Assembly (NCBI RefSeq): GCF_037042905.1 | Contig: NC_087250.1 | Span: forward strand, 27,034,001 to 27,098,000 | Direction of reading: 5' to 3' | From: Lytechinus pictus | Taxonomy: Eukaryota | Length of the DNA stretch: 64,000 nucleotides | In this document: positions 38,846 through 52,439 of the stretch, piece by piece | Layout: each line of letters opens with the position of its first letter | Numbering within the stretch: the first letter of the stretch is position 1 | Notes under the pieces: generated by a model | Told to the model about the DNA's origin: nothing | Seen by the model: only the letters and a program-made list of their open reading frames with translations | Databases searched by the model: none | Made by a program: the position numbers and the translations under genes

Positions 38846-41800
38846 TGGACCCTATAGTAAGGTCCATGCTAAAACACTCTGTAGATTACGATCTTTGATA
38901 TCAGTATTAATAGTATATAACTATTATTGTTAAAGTCATGGTCAGTTATTAAATGTACAACATTATTATTATTCTTATTATAGTTATGGTGATTTAGATT
39001 TTTCGTTATTATAATCAAAATTATTATCATAAATGGTGACAATTATGATAATAATAATAAAGTAGGTGGCCGTAATAGTACTATTATTATGGTAATATTC
39101 ACCATCAACGTTATCTAACATACACAATAATAAAACATTTAAGTTTTATGCAGAAAAGTCTATAGAAAGTTCAAATAAAAAAAAATGAAAATGCCTTTAA
39201 AATTCAAGGCTCAACATCCTCAAAGCCAAGGCTTTACAGTCCAAGGCCTAGGCTTCGAAAAAGTTGGCCTTAAGGCGCTTAAAGACCAAGGTCGAGCATC
39301 AAGGCACTACAACACTAGTTCTTGATTACACAATTTTTTTTCTTAACTTTCCAGATTTTAGGTCAGGATATCAATTTTCAGCTTGCGTTTTGTGCTCGCT
39401 TCAATAATGTTAAGATGTCCGTTTACACATCCAAGTTTAAAAGTCGGAAATTAAAAAAAATCACAGCTCTCTCTCTCTCTTGTATCAGAAGTTTAGTAAG
39501 AAATTTATTTTGTTCACAGTTAGAAAAAAAGGGCTAAAAATGTCAAGGTTAAAACTCGGAAAATAAAAATTTTCAGCTCGCGCTTTGCGCTCCCATATTT
39601 TGTGTAGTAAGATACCTATCCTCTTAAGGATAGCAAAAAGTTAATTTCTTATTGTTTAGTCGGAAAATTTCAAGCTCATGCTTCGCGCTAGCATTAATAT
39701 TGTTTGATGAAATACATATCATGTTTATGTTTGCAAAATTACTTGTTGCTCACATTGATTGGTAGGATATGTATTCTTCTCATGTGTTACATGGAAACCT
39801 TCATTAACAGGTAGCTTTTCAGATCGATATAGTAACATTTTCAACTCCCGCTCGCAATTTCCTCTACATTAGCCACTGCAAAACTGTTATTATTAGCTCC
39901 CTTTTTAGATTAGTGTATTGAAATTTTGGCTCGCGCTTCGCGCTCCCATTAATTATTTAGTTACATACGCATATTGTTCATGAAAAAAAAAAACTGCTCA
40001 GAATATCAAAGTTTATATCACTATACATGAAATATAAAAAAAATAGCTCGCGGTTTGTGCTCGCGTTATTTCTTAATGCCTTATCCTACTATCTTGTGTG
40101 GACGCACAAACCTGAGATGTAGTTAAAACTTCGGTCTTTTGAGAGGAATACCCCTAAAAATTAGCTCATGGCGGCCAATCGGAAAAAAATAATAATTTGT
40201 TTCTGCCGATCATTATTATTGTAAGATATGTGTTCTTTTCCCCGGATAACAAAAAAAGTATTAAGCTCTTGCTTTAGCTTTAGATTCCCATCATCCATTA
40301 GTGAGATAAGTATATCCTCACAACAATTTTCATGCCTCTTAAAAAGTGTTCAAAGGTTTCCAATTCTGGTCACTATAATAAGATTTTCACCTTGGGCTTT
40401 GGACTCGCATCAATCATAAAATTAAGATACACAAATTGTTCTTTATTCTAAAAACGTGCTTAAACTGTCCAATTTTCAGATGGGAATATGAAAATATCCC
40501 AGCTCGCACCCCAAGTTTGTATGGCTTAATTAATCATGCTTAAAAAATTCAATTTTCAGTATAGATAAAAAAAAAAAAAATCAGCTCGCACTTGGCACTC
40601 GCATCAATTTTTTTATTATAAAGGCATCTTATCTTGAATGATTATACGCGACCACAAAGCGTGAGCTGCATTTTTTTTTATTCTAACCTGAAAAACGAAA
40701 ATGATCTTTTTCATATTATTATAGAAAATTTCAGCTCGCAATTCGCGCTCACATTTTTTTTATTTATCCCTTGTAAGATACCTTACCGTGTTTTTTAGAA
40801 TAAATCTCATAATTTATTTAACTTCGGACGGTTTCTACAAAACATATCTATTTTGGTGCCCCCTACAAATGTTCAAGCAGCCCCCCAGCTGAATTAAGTC
40901 TCAGATACGCCATTGCCTTCAAGATTACATTACTACCAAGGGATGTTATCAATACTATTTCTAACCTCCCGCTTACACAATTCTAGGCCTACTCTGATTA
41001 AAAAATACATGAAATTGAAACCCCCAAATACTTGAAACACAAATTACTCGCGCTTTGCGCTCGCATTTATTATTTTTGAAGAAAAAGTGACATTACATAT
41101 ATTATATATATGTGGATTTATTTCCTTCATGAAAATATGATTAGAAATAGTGGTCTTCAAATGCCGTGTTTTATGTGACTAGGAAATAAAATAATTCAAC
41201 ACGCATTTAAAGCACTTTTCTTGCTCGGCGGGGAGGGAGGAGGCGTATTTTTTTCTCTCTAAAATGGCACCAAAATCAGGTCAGGTTTCTGCCCCTCCCT
41301 ACGAAATCCCAGATCTTATTATCATTATTCTATACATGAGGAATTTCGTATATCATTTTTTACAATGAAAAGAGCCATTATACTTTTTTCTCTTCGAACA
41401 TTTAAATTTCGCTGTAACTTATGCTCACTGCATATACTAAATTTGTGCCCTAAACATACTAGACATCTTTTTGACGTTGTTTGTCGTTTTCTCTACGCAC
41501 TATCATAATTTATTTCCAAAATTCTTTGCAATTTGAGCACTGATCCACGTTTATCATGAGCTAAAAATAAAAACCATACCACCTAATATGTTTATACACT
41601 GCACCTCTTCGTGTATTCGTGTTTAATAATACATTATACAAGGATCTCAATTCAACTAAAGGAAAAAAAAAAGTATTACATTAAGTGTTGTTTTATCGGT
41701 TCACAAAACAACGCAAGAAAAATTAAGATTAAATCTGAGAACACTTTCACTGTAAAGGTTTCTGAGAAAGCGAGGGAATGTTTAATATACCCTCGTAATT

Positions 41801-43440
41801 TTTTGATCAAATGTTTCTTGAGTTCATTTTAACTTTTCTTGCGTTTTTTTTTTTTTTTTTTTTAGGTAGGCTACTGTCCCTATTTTATCTTCGTCATGGC
41901 GTCTAAGTTCCCAAAAAAGAAGGGTGGAGAGGACGAGCTTCGTACAAGGAAAGGTCATGACATGAAATGGTCATGTGACAAGCATGGTGAGCCAATCAAA
42001 TTTTACTGTAAGAAACACAAAATTCCTATTTGTCATCCATGCGCTACCAAAGATCACAGTCAAAAACCATGTCAGCTAGACGACATCGAGGATGTCATCT
42101 TCGAAAGGAGGAGACAGCTTGATGAAAAACGGCCAAAAATACAGGAACTTCAGAAACAATTGGACGCCCTCAATGGGAAAATAAAGACTGTGTCAACGTC
42201 TGGAAGTACTCATCTTCGGAAAATTAACAACAACATTCAAGATTCATATCACGACAAGATCGAATCTGTTGGAGAAAAGGAGAACAGGATGATTAGGGTT
42301 ATTAACGAGGAGGCAGATGAGGAAATAAGACTCGTAAATGAGAAGAGAGAAAAACGGATCAAGGATTGCAACACCGAGAGAGAAAATGAGCGACAAATCA
42401 TCAAAGACAAAAAAGCAAAACTTTTATCAGATGCAAAGAAAATCAGCGAAGTTGTTTCTAAGAAGATCAAAGATCTTGCTAATAAGAATCAGCATGTAAT
42501 AAACACTGTAAAGAACATTGAATCAACCATCAAACGTATAAACCAACATGATGAAACATTGGTGAATGAAGCTCCTCAAGTACTTGCATCTATTAATGAA
42601 AATTTAAGTTTGAATGTTCATCAAGATGATAGCGACTGTCTTGACCGAATACAGAGTGAAGTTGATAGAGTGAAGTTTGTAGAGGGGGAAGTAGGTGGAG
42701 AATACTATGGTAGAATTGATGGATATATTGGTAAATGGGAACTTGTCAAATCAATCCACATTCCATCGGTTGTTAATAAGCCGTGGGTGCGTGGTTTAGT
42801 CAGTGATGATGAGATATGTGTGCAAGACGTAGATAACAATGACATGTATATTACAAATATCAACACTCAACACACAGAGAAAGTCATTGATGGAGGTGTG
42901 CGTGTTACATCATGTGCGCCCATAGACAGTAACGTAATTGTATGTGGTAAGAGGAGAGAAGATTGCACGGGTGACAGGTTGGATGGATGCATCACTCTCT
43001 ATGACAGACAATGGAAGGTGATTAGAGACATCAGCATACCAGGGAATGGAGACGATTATAATAGTGTGGATGTTGATGTTGACAGGGATGGGATGATCAT
43101 CGCTGGTGAGTACTATCAGTCTAATATCTACGTCATCAATCCTGCTGATGATAAGATAGTAAACACTATTACGATGCAGGGTAAGGAGGTGTGGAATGAG
43201 ATACAAGACTTGTCATCAGGTGATATCGTTGTGAAGACAGGTGATGATGAATTCACTGTCATCTCACGATCAGGAGAAGAGAAGACTGTCATACACTGTG
43301 ATGAGTGGGACGTAACACAGTGTCGCGTTGACAAACTGACAGACACACTCTACATCGCGTACTGGGATGAAGCGCGTAATACCATCGCAGTTGATCAGGT
43401 GTCACGTGATGGTATCATCCAGACAAGGAGGATCGTGGAA
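38846..43440 (+). repeat. Segmental duplication matching ~54010-56606 plus 61764-64000
   Basis: Near-identical by eye; the ATGs of copies 2 and 3 are 20561 bp apart. Confidence 0.9.
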
Positions 43441-43557
43441 TACGAGCAATCAGATCGCACTAAATTCATGAGCCCTTATCTCGTTACTCCTACTGGTAAC
43501 TTTATAGGGTGTGATGGAGACAAACTTCTTATCTACAAGAAGACATTCATCTTGTAA
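41896..43557 (+). CDS. RING-less TRIM-like protein: B-box zinc finger, coiled coil, NHL-like beta-propeller (copy 2, intact, 553 aa)
   Basis: B-box pattern CDKH-x7-C..H...ICHPCATKDH; charged heptad region; beta-rich repeats from WELVKSI (42736). Single coding exon preceded by poly-T + AG (41864-41865). Confidence 0.9.
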   Translation: MASKFPKKKGGEDELRTRKGHDMKWSCDKHGEPIKFYCKKHKIPICHPCATKDHSQKPCQLDDIEDVIFERRRQLDEKRPKIQELQKQLDALNGKIKTVSTSGSTHLRKINNNIQDSYHDKIESVGEKENRMIRVINEEADEEIRLVNEKREKRIKDCNTERENERQIIKDKKAKLLSDAKKISEVVSKKIKDLANKNQHVINTVKNIESTIKRINQHDETLVNEAPQVLASINENLSLNVHQDDSDCLDRIQSEVDRVKFVEGEVGGEYYGRIDGYIGKWELVKSIHIPSVVNKPWVRGLVSDDEICVQDVDNNDMYITNINTQHTEKVIDGGVRVTSCAPIDSNVIVCGKRREDCTGDRLDGCITLYDRQWKVIRDISIPGNGDDYNSVDVDVDRDGMIIAGEYYQSNIYVINPADDKIVNTITMQGKEVWNEIQDLSSGDIVVKTGDDEFTVISRSGEEKTVIHCDEWDVTQCRVDKLTDTLYIAYWDEARNTIAVDQVSRDGIIQTRRIVEYEQSDRTKFMSPYLVTPTGNFIGCDGDKLLIYKKTFIL

Positions 43558-43905
43558 ATCATCTAGACTATCAAAGGAATGATATCGGATTTGTAAGAGA
43601 AATATAGACCAGAGGTTTGCTTTTACTTTTATTTTTATTTCAATTTACATCCTTCAAGCTCTATGTACGTGACTACATTCATATACGCATGGTCACGGTG
43701 TTTAATGTTGTATCAATCCATATTAAATAAAAAGCGGTCGTTAATTTATTTATCTGTCTAGATTAGGTATGTAATGAATATCCTCAGATCCAAATAAATA
43801 GTTTACTCGTAACATGAGCAAAATAAATACAAATGTGTTAACGAATTGCCTACTTGAACCAGATAGTTACTGTAGAGTCTTTCAAATGACCGAGTTCAGT
43901 ATTAA

Positions 43906-44268
43906 AGGGGAATGAATTCTTTGGAATAGGTAGGCTTTGGTCGAAACAGAAAAGTAAAAAAAAAACAGATCAACGAAAGTTTTAGAAAAATGGGACAAGC
44001 AATGAGAAAGTTTTGAGCATTCGAATATTGCAATCCTCCAATTGGCAATGCAACAAGGATTTGTGATGAACAAATTTCCCTTTGATGGACTATAAAATAC
44101 CCCAAAATGTATCTCGTTGCTCTTTCTTATGGTGATACAAACTCTTTATCCATGATTTAAAAATCTGTATTACAAGCCCTCCTATAGAAAGAACACGTGA
44201 TCTAGTGATACATGTGATAAAAGAGGTAATTTAAGTGAAATATATACTAAAGTCATGGGGAGAGTTGC
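43906..44268 (+). mobile_element. One-ended Kolobok-like fragment
   Basis: TTAA|AGGGGAATGAA start; replaces ~750 bp present in unit A (~6320-7070). Confidence 0.55.
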
Positions 44269-45630
44269 TGATTACTATATAATTGTTTCCCCATATGACA
44301 TTATCATCTTTCACATTGGCTACCTGACTAGATAATCTAAAGTAACAATCATATGGAAATGAAACAAAAATAGTAATGATAGTTATTTGTACTGACGTAA
44401 TGTAATGATGTGTGTGCGCCCACTACGTTAAGTAATGTTCATCAACATCATGAAATTATGTCAAATTAATTTCATTATAAAGATCATATGAAAATAAAAA
44501 CATCCGATAGTTGATCGTACCGCGCTGTAAATAAATAAAGCAGGAACATATATATCAGACAGAATTAGATAATTTGTCAAATATCTGCCCATAATGTAGC
44601 TTTTGTTCGTGGTTTCATGTTAATAACTCAATTCAATTCATTTGTTTATTTCGTTTCTATTTTAAATTGTGTTTAGTGTGTAAACTGGAAGTCTATTCCA
44701 GAGGCATTAGCTAAAGTGAATATTTTTTAGATGAAAATGGTTGTATTCTTCTGATCATAATTGATTCAAATTGTGTGGTTATTCGTATACATCTACCCCC
44801 CCCCCCCCCCATCTCTCTTTTAACCCCTAAATTACCCCCTTGTACTGTGTAATACGACACGGATATCCATGTTGCTGCAATAAGTTGTATATAAATCGTT
44901 ATTGTCTAGGGTGTGTTGTTTTAAGGTAGGAGTATATCATTTTTCAAAAGAAAAAAAATCCAACCGAATTTATTCTTACAATAATCACCTTTGTACAGGT
45001 TAAGTTTAGCTAGGGTTTATGCTTTATTTCAACTATAAATTCAATTGCCCGTTATTGTCTATATAGTATAGGTTATTGAAAGTTTGTTCCTAAAAATGGA
45101 ACGGGATATAGTGCTATATGTTTACATTTTCTTCCGGTGATATGTCAGATCTAACGATTTTTCTTGTTTTTGATTGGCTGAGAAGCGTTGTTACTATGGG
45201 TAATGTCAAATGAAACGCTTGACAATCCAAACTTTTTTTTATTTGTTGTTTGATCTTATACAGCTAATTACAATTTTCTTCATAAAACTAGGAAAACTAA
45301 TGTACATAATGAACATATAAATTATGATATAACATGTATAATGTGATGATTTTAGTATCTATTATTTCAAGTGTATATTGCAAGATGAGTAGAAACTATA
45401 CTTTTTGTTTTTAAAATAATATATTTTCATTATACTTTGTTGTGAATTACTAACACTATTGAATAGAAAAAAAGCAACGTTTGTTGATGTATAGACTTAA
45501 ATCGAGACGAAATTATTCTTACCTACTTGAGAGCTGAAAATAGTCAAGTGAAAATAGTTCGGAAATATCTTTCTTTACTGTGAGTTAATGTATTTAGTAA
45601 ATTTTGAGAAATGTTTGCCAATGCAATATA

Positions 45631-46450
45631 CAGTGCGTCCCACAAAAAACGAATCCGAGATTTATCGATGATTTATCATAACTTAATCACAAATAAAATA
45701 GACAAATGACCTACCATTGTAAAGCTTAGAATCTCCTCTTTCATCTGCAATTACTTAAATTACATTTATTCACGCATGACTGAGTAAAAACAATTTGAAG
45801 AGGGGATACCAAAAAGTCATTTGGCGGGCTGTATCTGGATTTCAAAAAAGAAAACCGCATTTTGAAAAAGTTCAATATCTGCTCTTTAATTTGATACCTC
45901 AATTACAGAAAATGGTCAAGAGATAATAAAGTTCTGGTTATTTGAAATAAGGCTTGAATTTCAATAACTTCATAAAATGAAGAGGTTTTACAAGCTAGCG
46001 TTCAAACTCACTCGACACTCCGTTTTGTTGAAGATCAGCCATGCAATAAGTCTTTTGTTAACTGTGCGATAGCTTCTGTGGGAAACCGGTGAAAACACGT
46101 TTATTTAATGAAATTATGGAAATACAAGCATTGTATCGAGGAAACATAACTTTTTACTTCTTTACCATTTTTTTGTGATTAAGGTATCAAATAAAAGAGC
46201 AGATATTGAACTTTTTAGGCATGTGATTTTCTTTTTAAAATTCAGATACCCCCCGCCAAATGAGTTTTTGGTATCCTTTCTTCACATTGTTTTTGCTCAC
46301 TCATGTGTAAATAAAAAATAATCTCAATAAAATCAGATAAAAGAAGAGATCCTAAGCTTTTCATTGATAGGTCATTTGTCTATTGTATTTATGATTAAGT
46401 TATGATAAATCATCGCTAAATGTCGGTTTCGTTTTTTGTGGGACGCACTG
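45631..46450. mobile_element. Tc1/mariner-type MITE (duplicate of 8448-9267)
   Basis: Same TIRs, TA flanks and flanking sequence. Confidence 0.9.
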
Positions 46451-48209
46451 TATAGTGATATACAAATTACTGATCTAATTATCAACTGATCGGAAGAAAT
46501 ATGTAAGATTTTAAATTGATCAAAAATACATGGTGTATTTTGAAGTTATTATCATAGTTATGAAGAGGGTGTTTTTAATACACAAATAATCATGTACTAT
46601 CATAATCAAGAAATTTTGTCAGCATAAATGAAAATAAATGTCAAACAAAATACCGGTTTTACATGCTCAATATATGATGTTTAATATATACAGCTGATTA
46701 TAATTCGCTTCATAAAATTTGGGAGACTATTGTACATAACATGCATAATAAACATTATTATGATATAATGTATATCATGATATCTATTATTTTCAAGTGT
46801 ATATTGAAGGATGAGTAGGAAGTATACGTTTGCTTTTGATATAATATATTTTCATTATACTTTGTTGTGAATTACTAACATTGTTGAATAGGAAAAAAGG
46901 CCAATGCTTGTTGTTGTTGTTGTATAGACTTAAACCAAGACGAAATTAATCTTAAATACTTGAGAGCTGAAAATAGTCATGTGAAAATAGTTAGGAAATA
47001 TCTTTCTTTACAGTGGGTTAATGTATTTAGTACATTTCGAGAAAGGTTTGCCAATGCAATATATACATGATATAGTTGTATACAAATTACTGATCAAAAC
47101 ACCAATTATCAACCGATCTAACTATCTCTTTACTATGCATTGGTTATCTACTACATTTCGAGAAAAGCTTACCAATCCACAATGAGTTGTATGCACATTA
47201 TTCATCTAAAAACCAACTATCAACCGATCTGAATAAATGCTTAATATTTTTAAACTGATCGAAATCTTTGCAGTTTTTTTTTTTGAGGTCATTATCATGG
47301 TGATGGGGAGGGTGATTTTAATGCACAAACAATCATGTAATGTTATAATCAAATAATTTTGTCAGCATAAACGAAATTAAATGTAAAAAAACCCGACTCT
47401 ATATGCAGTTCATATTTGTGATTTACAAATGATTGTATTGGACATGTAGGACTTATGATAACAGACGAAGGGGGGGGGGGGGAGAATGAGAAGATAAAGG
47501 GAAAAGAGAGGGGGTGGCAAAGTGGAGGGGAGTGAAAGATTTAAAAAATGGAGAGACGAGGAAAGTAAAGATGGAAAAAAAGATAGAGAAAAAAATATAT
47601 ATATGAAAATAAAAGGATAAAGAGACGCGGAAAGGAAAGGGATAGAAAAGATGAGAGAGAGAGAGAGAGAGGGGGGGGGGAAGATAGAAGAAGGGGAGAG
47701 AAAAGAATGGAGAGACAGTGAGAATAAAGACTGAGAAAGAGCGAGAGAGAGAAAAGTGGAGGAGTGAGAAGGAGAAATGGAAGGACAAGGTGAATACAGA
47801 TGGAATAAGAGGGGGAGAGAGAAGAAGAAGAAGAACTACCGAGAGACAAGGAATGATAGAGAGAGATGGGGGAAAGAGGACGGGGTGAATTTGAGTTTGT
47901 ATTTGTATTTTCCTTTCTTAGGAAACAAATAAACATTACATTACAAAGTGAAATACATCACAAACCATGTCAATCATAAAAAATCATAACAAAATTGAAG
48001 AAAGGATGAATTTGAACTCCGTATAGATAGATCTGGCTTCGTCGAAATTAAGTAAAATGAAACATAACTGAGGGGCTTGCCAAGAACGAATGAATTTAAG
48101 AGATTAAAAAAAATCATAGAAAAGAGGGGGGGGGGGAGAACAATCCGAACGCTACTTTTTTGTATCACTGGGAAATTTTGTACGATTAAATAATATCAAA
48201 TTATATCAA

Positions 48210-48832
48210 AGGGATGGTCCAGGCTGAAAATTTTCATAATAACTAAATAGAGTAAAATCCACAAAGCCAAATGCCGAAAATTTCATTAAAATCGGATAAC
48301 AAATAAGGAAGTTATTGAATTTTAATTTGTCTAATTTTAAATATTTTGTGAAAACAGTTATTTGCATATGGTCATGATTATTCATTAGGTGGGCTGATGA
48401 TGTCACATCCCCACTTTTCTTGTTCTTATGTTATTACATGAAATCATACACGTTTCATTTCTTCAGACATGTGCAAATGATGTGTCTCTATTACGATAAA
48501 ATAGGTTGCAGCAATAAATAACTAATGCACTTGATCAGTTGTCATCCAATTGTTTTAGCTCTTGGTAAAAAAAGTTTAATAAATCTAATTTCATATAATA
48601 CAATACAAAAGAACTGACGGGGATATGACTTCATCAGCCTACCTCATGAATATTCATAAAGACATGCCTAGAACAGTAGAACTCAGTGTTTCACCGGAAT
48701 GATAATGCAAATCTTTAAAATTCAAATAACTTCGTTATTTTCTACCCGATTTTGATCAAATTTTTAGCATATTGCTTTTTGATTTTTTTTCTTTTTATTG
48801 AGATTTGAATATCTCCAGCCTGGACCATCCCT
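48210..48832. mobile_element. Kolobok-like MITE (duplicate of 11024-11641)
   Basis: Same termini; left flank mutated to TCAA. Confidence 0.85.
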
Positions 48833-51323
48833 TTAAATGTGACCATTGTGCTACTTCTAAAAATTCAAAGAACTACGCCACTGTCATATTGAAATTATGT
48901 TCAACGCTTCACCAAAATAATATATCAAAATATAATAACACAACATAAGAAATACATTTAATTATAAAATTATAAAGAATAAAGAAGATTATGGCAATGG
49001 CAATTAATGAAAGTGAAATGTGAAGGAACCTGCATAAAAAGCAGAGCTTTATAATGTCTGCTGGTTCCCTAATATGGTATGGATGCTTTAATATGGTAAT
49101 TGTTTAACTGGGGGCTGGGGGGGGGGGGGCTCAAGTATATCTAACACAAAATAATGTATGCACTGACATAGCAACGCACGTTGCTTATTGAATAACCCAT
49201 TGAAAGTAAATTTCTTCTTCTTTAGAAGCCACCCAGTACTGGCTTCCATGAAGCATGGACCTATTACCATGATTACTAGGTCCATGCATGAAGTGACAGT
49301 GATCTGAAGTCGGGTATCATCTATCGGGAATCCACCTTCATCTCTATCCATTCTACGTCAAAAGATGGCGCTCTTTCAAGTCTACATTTGACACACATTG
49401 AATCACTTGATGAAGATGTGATTTCTGACATTAATAAAATCAGTTGAAATCAGAAGTCCTAGCAGTCTACAATGAAGATGAAATGAAACGATTGATTTCT
49501 GTAATGTCAATACGCTAAAGACGCACTCCCTCACTCCTCACTTTTTTCCTTGCACAGAGCAAATATGCAACTAAATAGCTCATGAAATAAATTCGATGAG
49601 ATTGAGGAATACCCCCCCCCCCCCATTGCCCAATTGGCAAGCATACACTGTTACTTTACAAACATGCATGTCAGGTCAAAATTTTTATGCAAAAGGAAGA
49701 TCAAATGAAATATTTTCAAACTGAGAATGTCGTCTTCCATTATAATCGTTGGAGGAATCATGTCGGGTTTTTTTTGGTGAGGCACCGATCCCTTAGATAT
49801 GCCAAATAAGCTGGAGGTTTCGTGTTGAGATAGAAAGGCCAACGCAAAAAGCAGGGTAAAAACATGGTGTTGTGATCATGTATCAAGATGCTCAAAGCTA
49901 CTCGTCACAGGCTGAAAATAATATAGAGTGATACTCACTTACCAAAATGCTGAAAATTTTCATTAAAATATGATTACAAAATACTGCTGTTAGTGTATTT
50001 TAATGGGCTGGTGATATCACGTCCAGTGCCATAGAAAGGACTTTTCAAATAGCGGGTGCTGGGGGATTCGTTAAAAAAAAATTGTTAACTAGATGATGCC
50101 CGAGGGGATTTCGGTAACTAAAAAAAAAAAAAGCAAAAAAAAAAAATAATAATAATAAATAAATAAATAAATATATAAATAAATAAATAAATTTCTGCTG
50201 CCAAATGTTCCTCTATTTCAATCATTTTTTTTTCTTGTCAACTTGATGGCAATGGAGTGCTTCCTATGTGATAGCATACGCAACACCCTCTGAAAAATCA
50301 TGAGGGGTGCAGCTTCCGCATTCACCCAGTACCTCCGCTTCATATTTTATTAAGTTATTAGATTAAATCATATTCCTCTACTATCTGAAGACATGTTTGC
50401 ATAAAAAATATATTACACATTTAATCATTAGTCATTTCATGTTTTCCGTTCTTGGTGGACGAAATTTGACGAAATATAATTTTCCAAAAAAAAAAAAAAA
50501 AAGAATAAGTGCGGATTAGTCTGCAGGCACAAACCCTGATTAGAACTTCGACCAACCAGTGTGCCTCCACGCAAAGACTAGCACATACAAAACTTGCTGT
50601 TCCAAGATAACCTTCAGTACACAAGGCATATAAGTAGGCTGCACATTTAGACCCTTAACTCGAGTGAAGGGTTTGCCCAGCAGACTAATTGCGGATAGAC
50701 ATCATCAATTTGTTCATTGTATATTCATGAAGACATGCAGAGGCCCGTCTCATCAGAACAATGAAGGTGCTTAAAATATCAAAAATCTATCATTTCTTAT
50801 CCGGTTTCAATGACATTGTCAGTATTTTAATTGTCTAATTTTACTTTTTCTATTCAAATCATATTATATCCAAGCCTAGAGTACCCCCTCTAAGCTTCCT
50901 TTCTTAGGCACGTCAACCCACATGAAATAATAATATTTGTTGACAACGAAACTACATAATTTTTATCATGTCATCTCTGCCTTCCAGAAGGTGTACGTTG
51001 TTCATTGAATCACATGGATCCTTTTAATTTATACAGTCTTTTATATATCTATATAATACACTGAAATATGAAGAGTTAATGGACGAGGTGTAATGTTTAA
51101 TACTTAATTCTTATATTGCCCCCTTTCCTGTCCAAACGACGGTGTAATATTCGCAACAATCACCCTCATGAACATTTGGTATTTGCATACTATACCAGCA
51201 TGCTGACAATCACCATGTATAGAAACATGCTCATTATAACTGTAACGTTAAATATTTTTAAAATGATATGTTATTTTTCCTGTTTAACCATCCTTGTGAT
51301 CCCATACAGAGTTTTGTGCATAT

Positions 51324-52263
51324 GAAGAGTTTAGTTACAAAAGGGGTTAGGTCCACTATGGACCATTTCGAGAAAAAACCATGTTTTTTATTCTCACTTA
51401 TGTAATGTTATGTTGGTGGAATGACACTGTATATCACTGAGATGGACACGTGACTGATTGAACTCTCAAATAACAAGTTTATTAACAACCACTTAGCAAC
51501 CACGCGCATGCGTAAACATATATCATAACACGACAACTTGGTGCAATATTCTTATGAGAAACTAAATTATCATGATGTACTGCTCTATCACGTGAACATA
51601 AATTGGGTATAAAAGAAATCTACCTGCCTTCATTTTTTTTCTATATATTCTTTTAAAAATCATAATTGTGGACCTACCCTCTTTTGCAACTAAACTGAAA
51701 TGAATCCAATCTATTTTGACTAAAGAAGTGATTGTTTCATTGCCACTTTTATCCACGTTTTCATGAAAATTTCAAATTTTCTTTGTTTTCATTAGAGCAA
51801 CAAAAAATTTAGAGGTTTTGAGACAGAAAACAATAAAATTTATGAAAAATGGACCTAACCCCTTTTGACAAATGAGCTCTTCAGAAGAGTTTGTTTGCAT
51901 AAGGGGTTAGGTCCACTCCAAAAAAAAAAAAAATCATTTTTTAAATTCTTCCATATTGCAATATTCTTATGCGAAACTAAATTTTAATGATACCCTACCA
52001 TGATAACATAAAATTGGGTATAAAAGAAATCTACCTGTCTTCATCTTTTTCATGATATTCTTTTCCAAAAAAAAATCTGTATGGACCTAACCCCTTTTGA
52101 AAAAAAAGAGTAATTTTTCTTTGCCATTTTAGTTCGATTTTTAATAGGAATTTCAACTTTTCTTTGGTATCATCTTATAGAGCTACTAAATATCTACACA
52201 TTGAGACATAAAAATCAAATTTGATGAAAAATGGACCTAACCCATTTTCCAATTGAGCTCTTC
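51324..52263 (+). mobile_element. Head-to-tail dimeric MITE with 4-bp ATAT TSD (Sola-like)
   Basis: Two units GAAGAG..AGGGGTTAGGTCCA ... TGGACCTAACCC..GAGCTCTTC (51324-51882, 51884-52263); empty site at ~14450. Confidence 0.8.
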
Positions 52264-52271
52264 ATATACAT

Positions 52272-52439
52272 CGGAAGTGATCGACGGAAATATGCAAATA
52301 AATGTTCATGTTGAAAGTGAAAGTTGTTCATTCTAGGAACTGATACAGGATGTAAAACTGCATGTTCAAAACTTGTAGATTATATTCGCATTCATCCACA
52401 AAGTGAACAGAGACAGAGGGTGTGAACCTGAAATTATCG
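52272..52439 (+). promoter_or_regulatory. Second copy of the ETS/octamer/IRF-E cluster and putative non-coding first exon
   Basis: CGGAAGT 52272, ATGCAAAT 52292, GAAAGTGAAAGT 52313; donor CG|GTAAGT at 52439/52440. Confidence 0.55.

Noticed and set aside
41896..43557. Assigning TRIM2/TRIM3/TRIM71/brat orthology
   Set aside because: No RING or filamin domain, and the propeller lacks canonical NHL signature repeats; only the architecture is similar.
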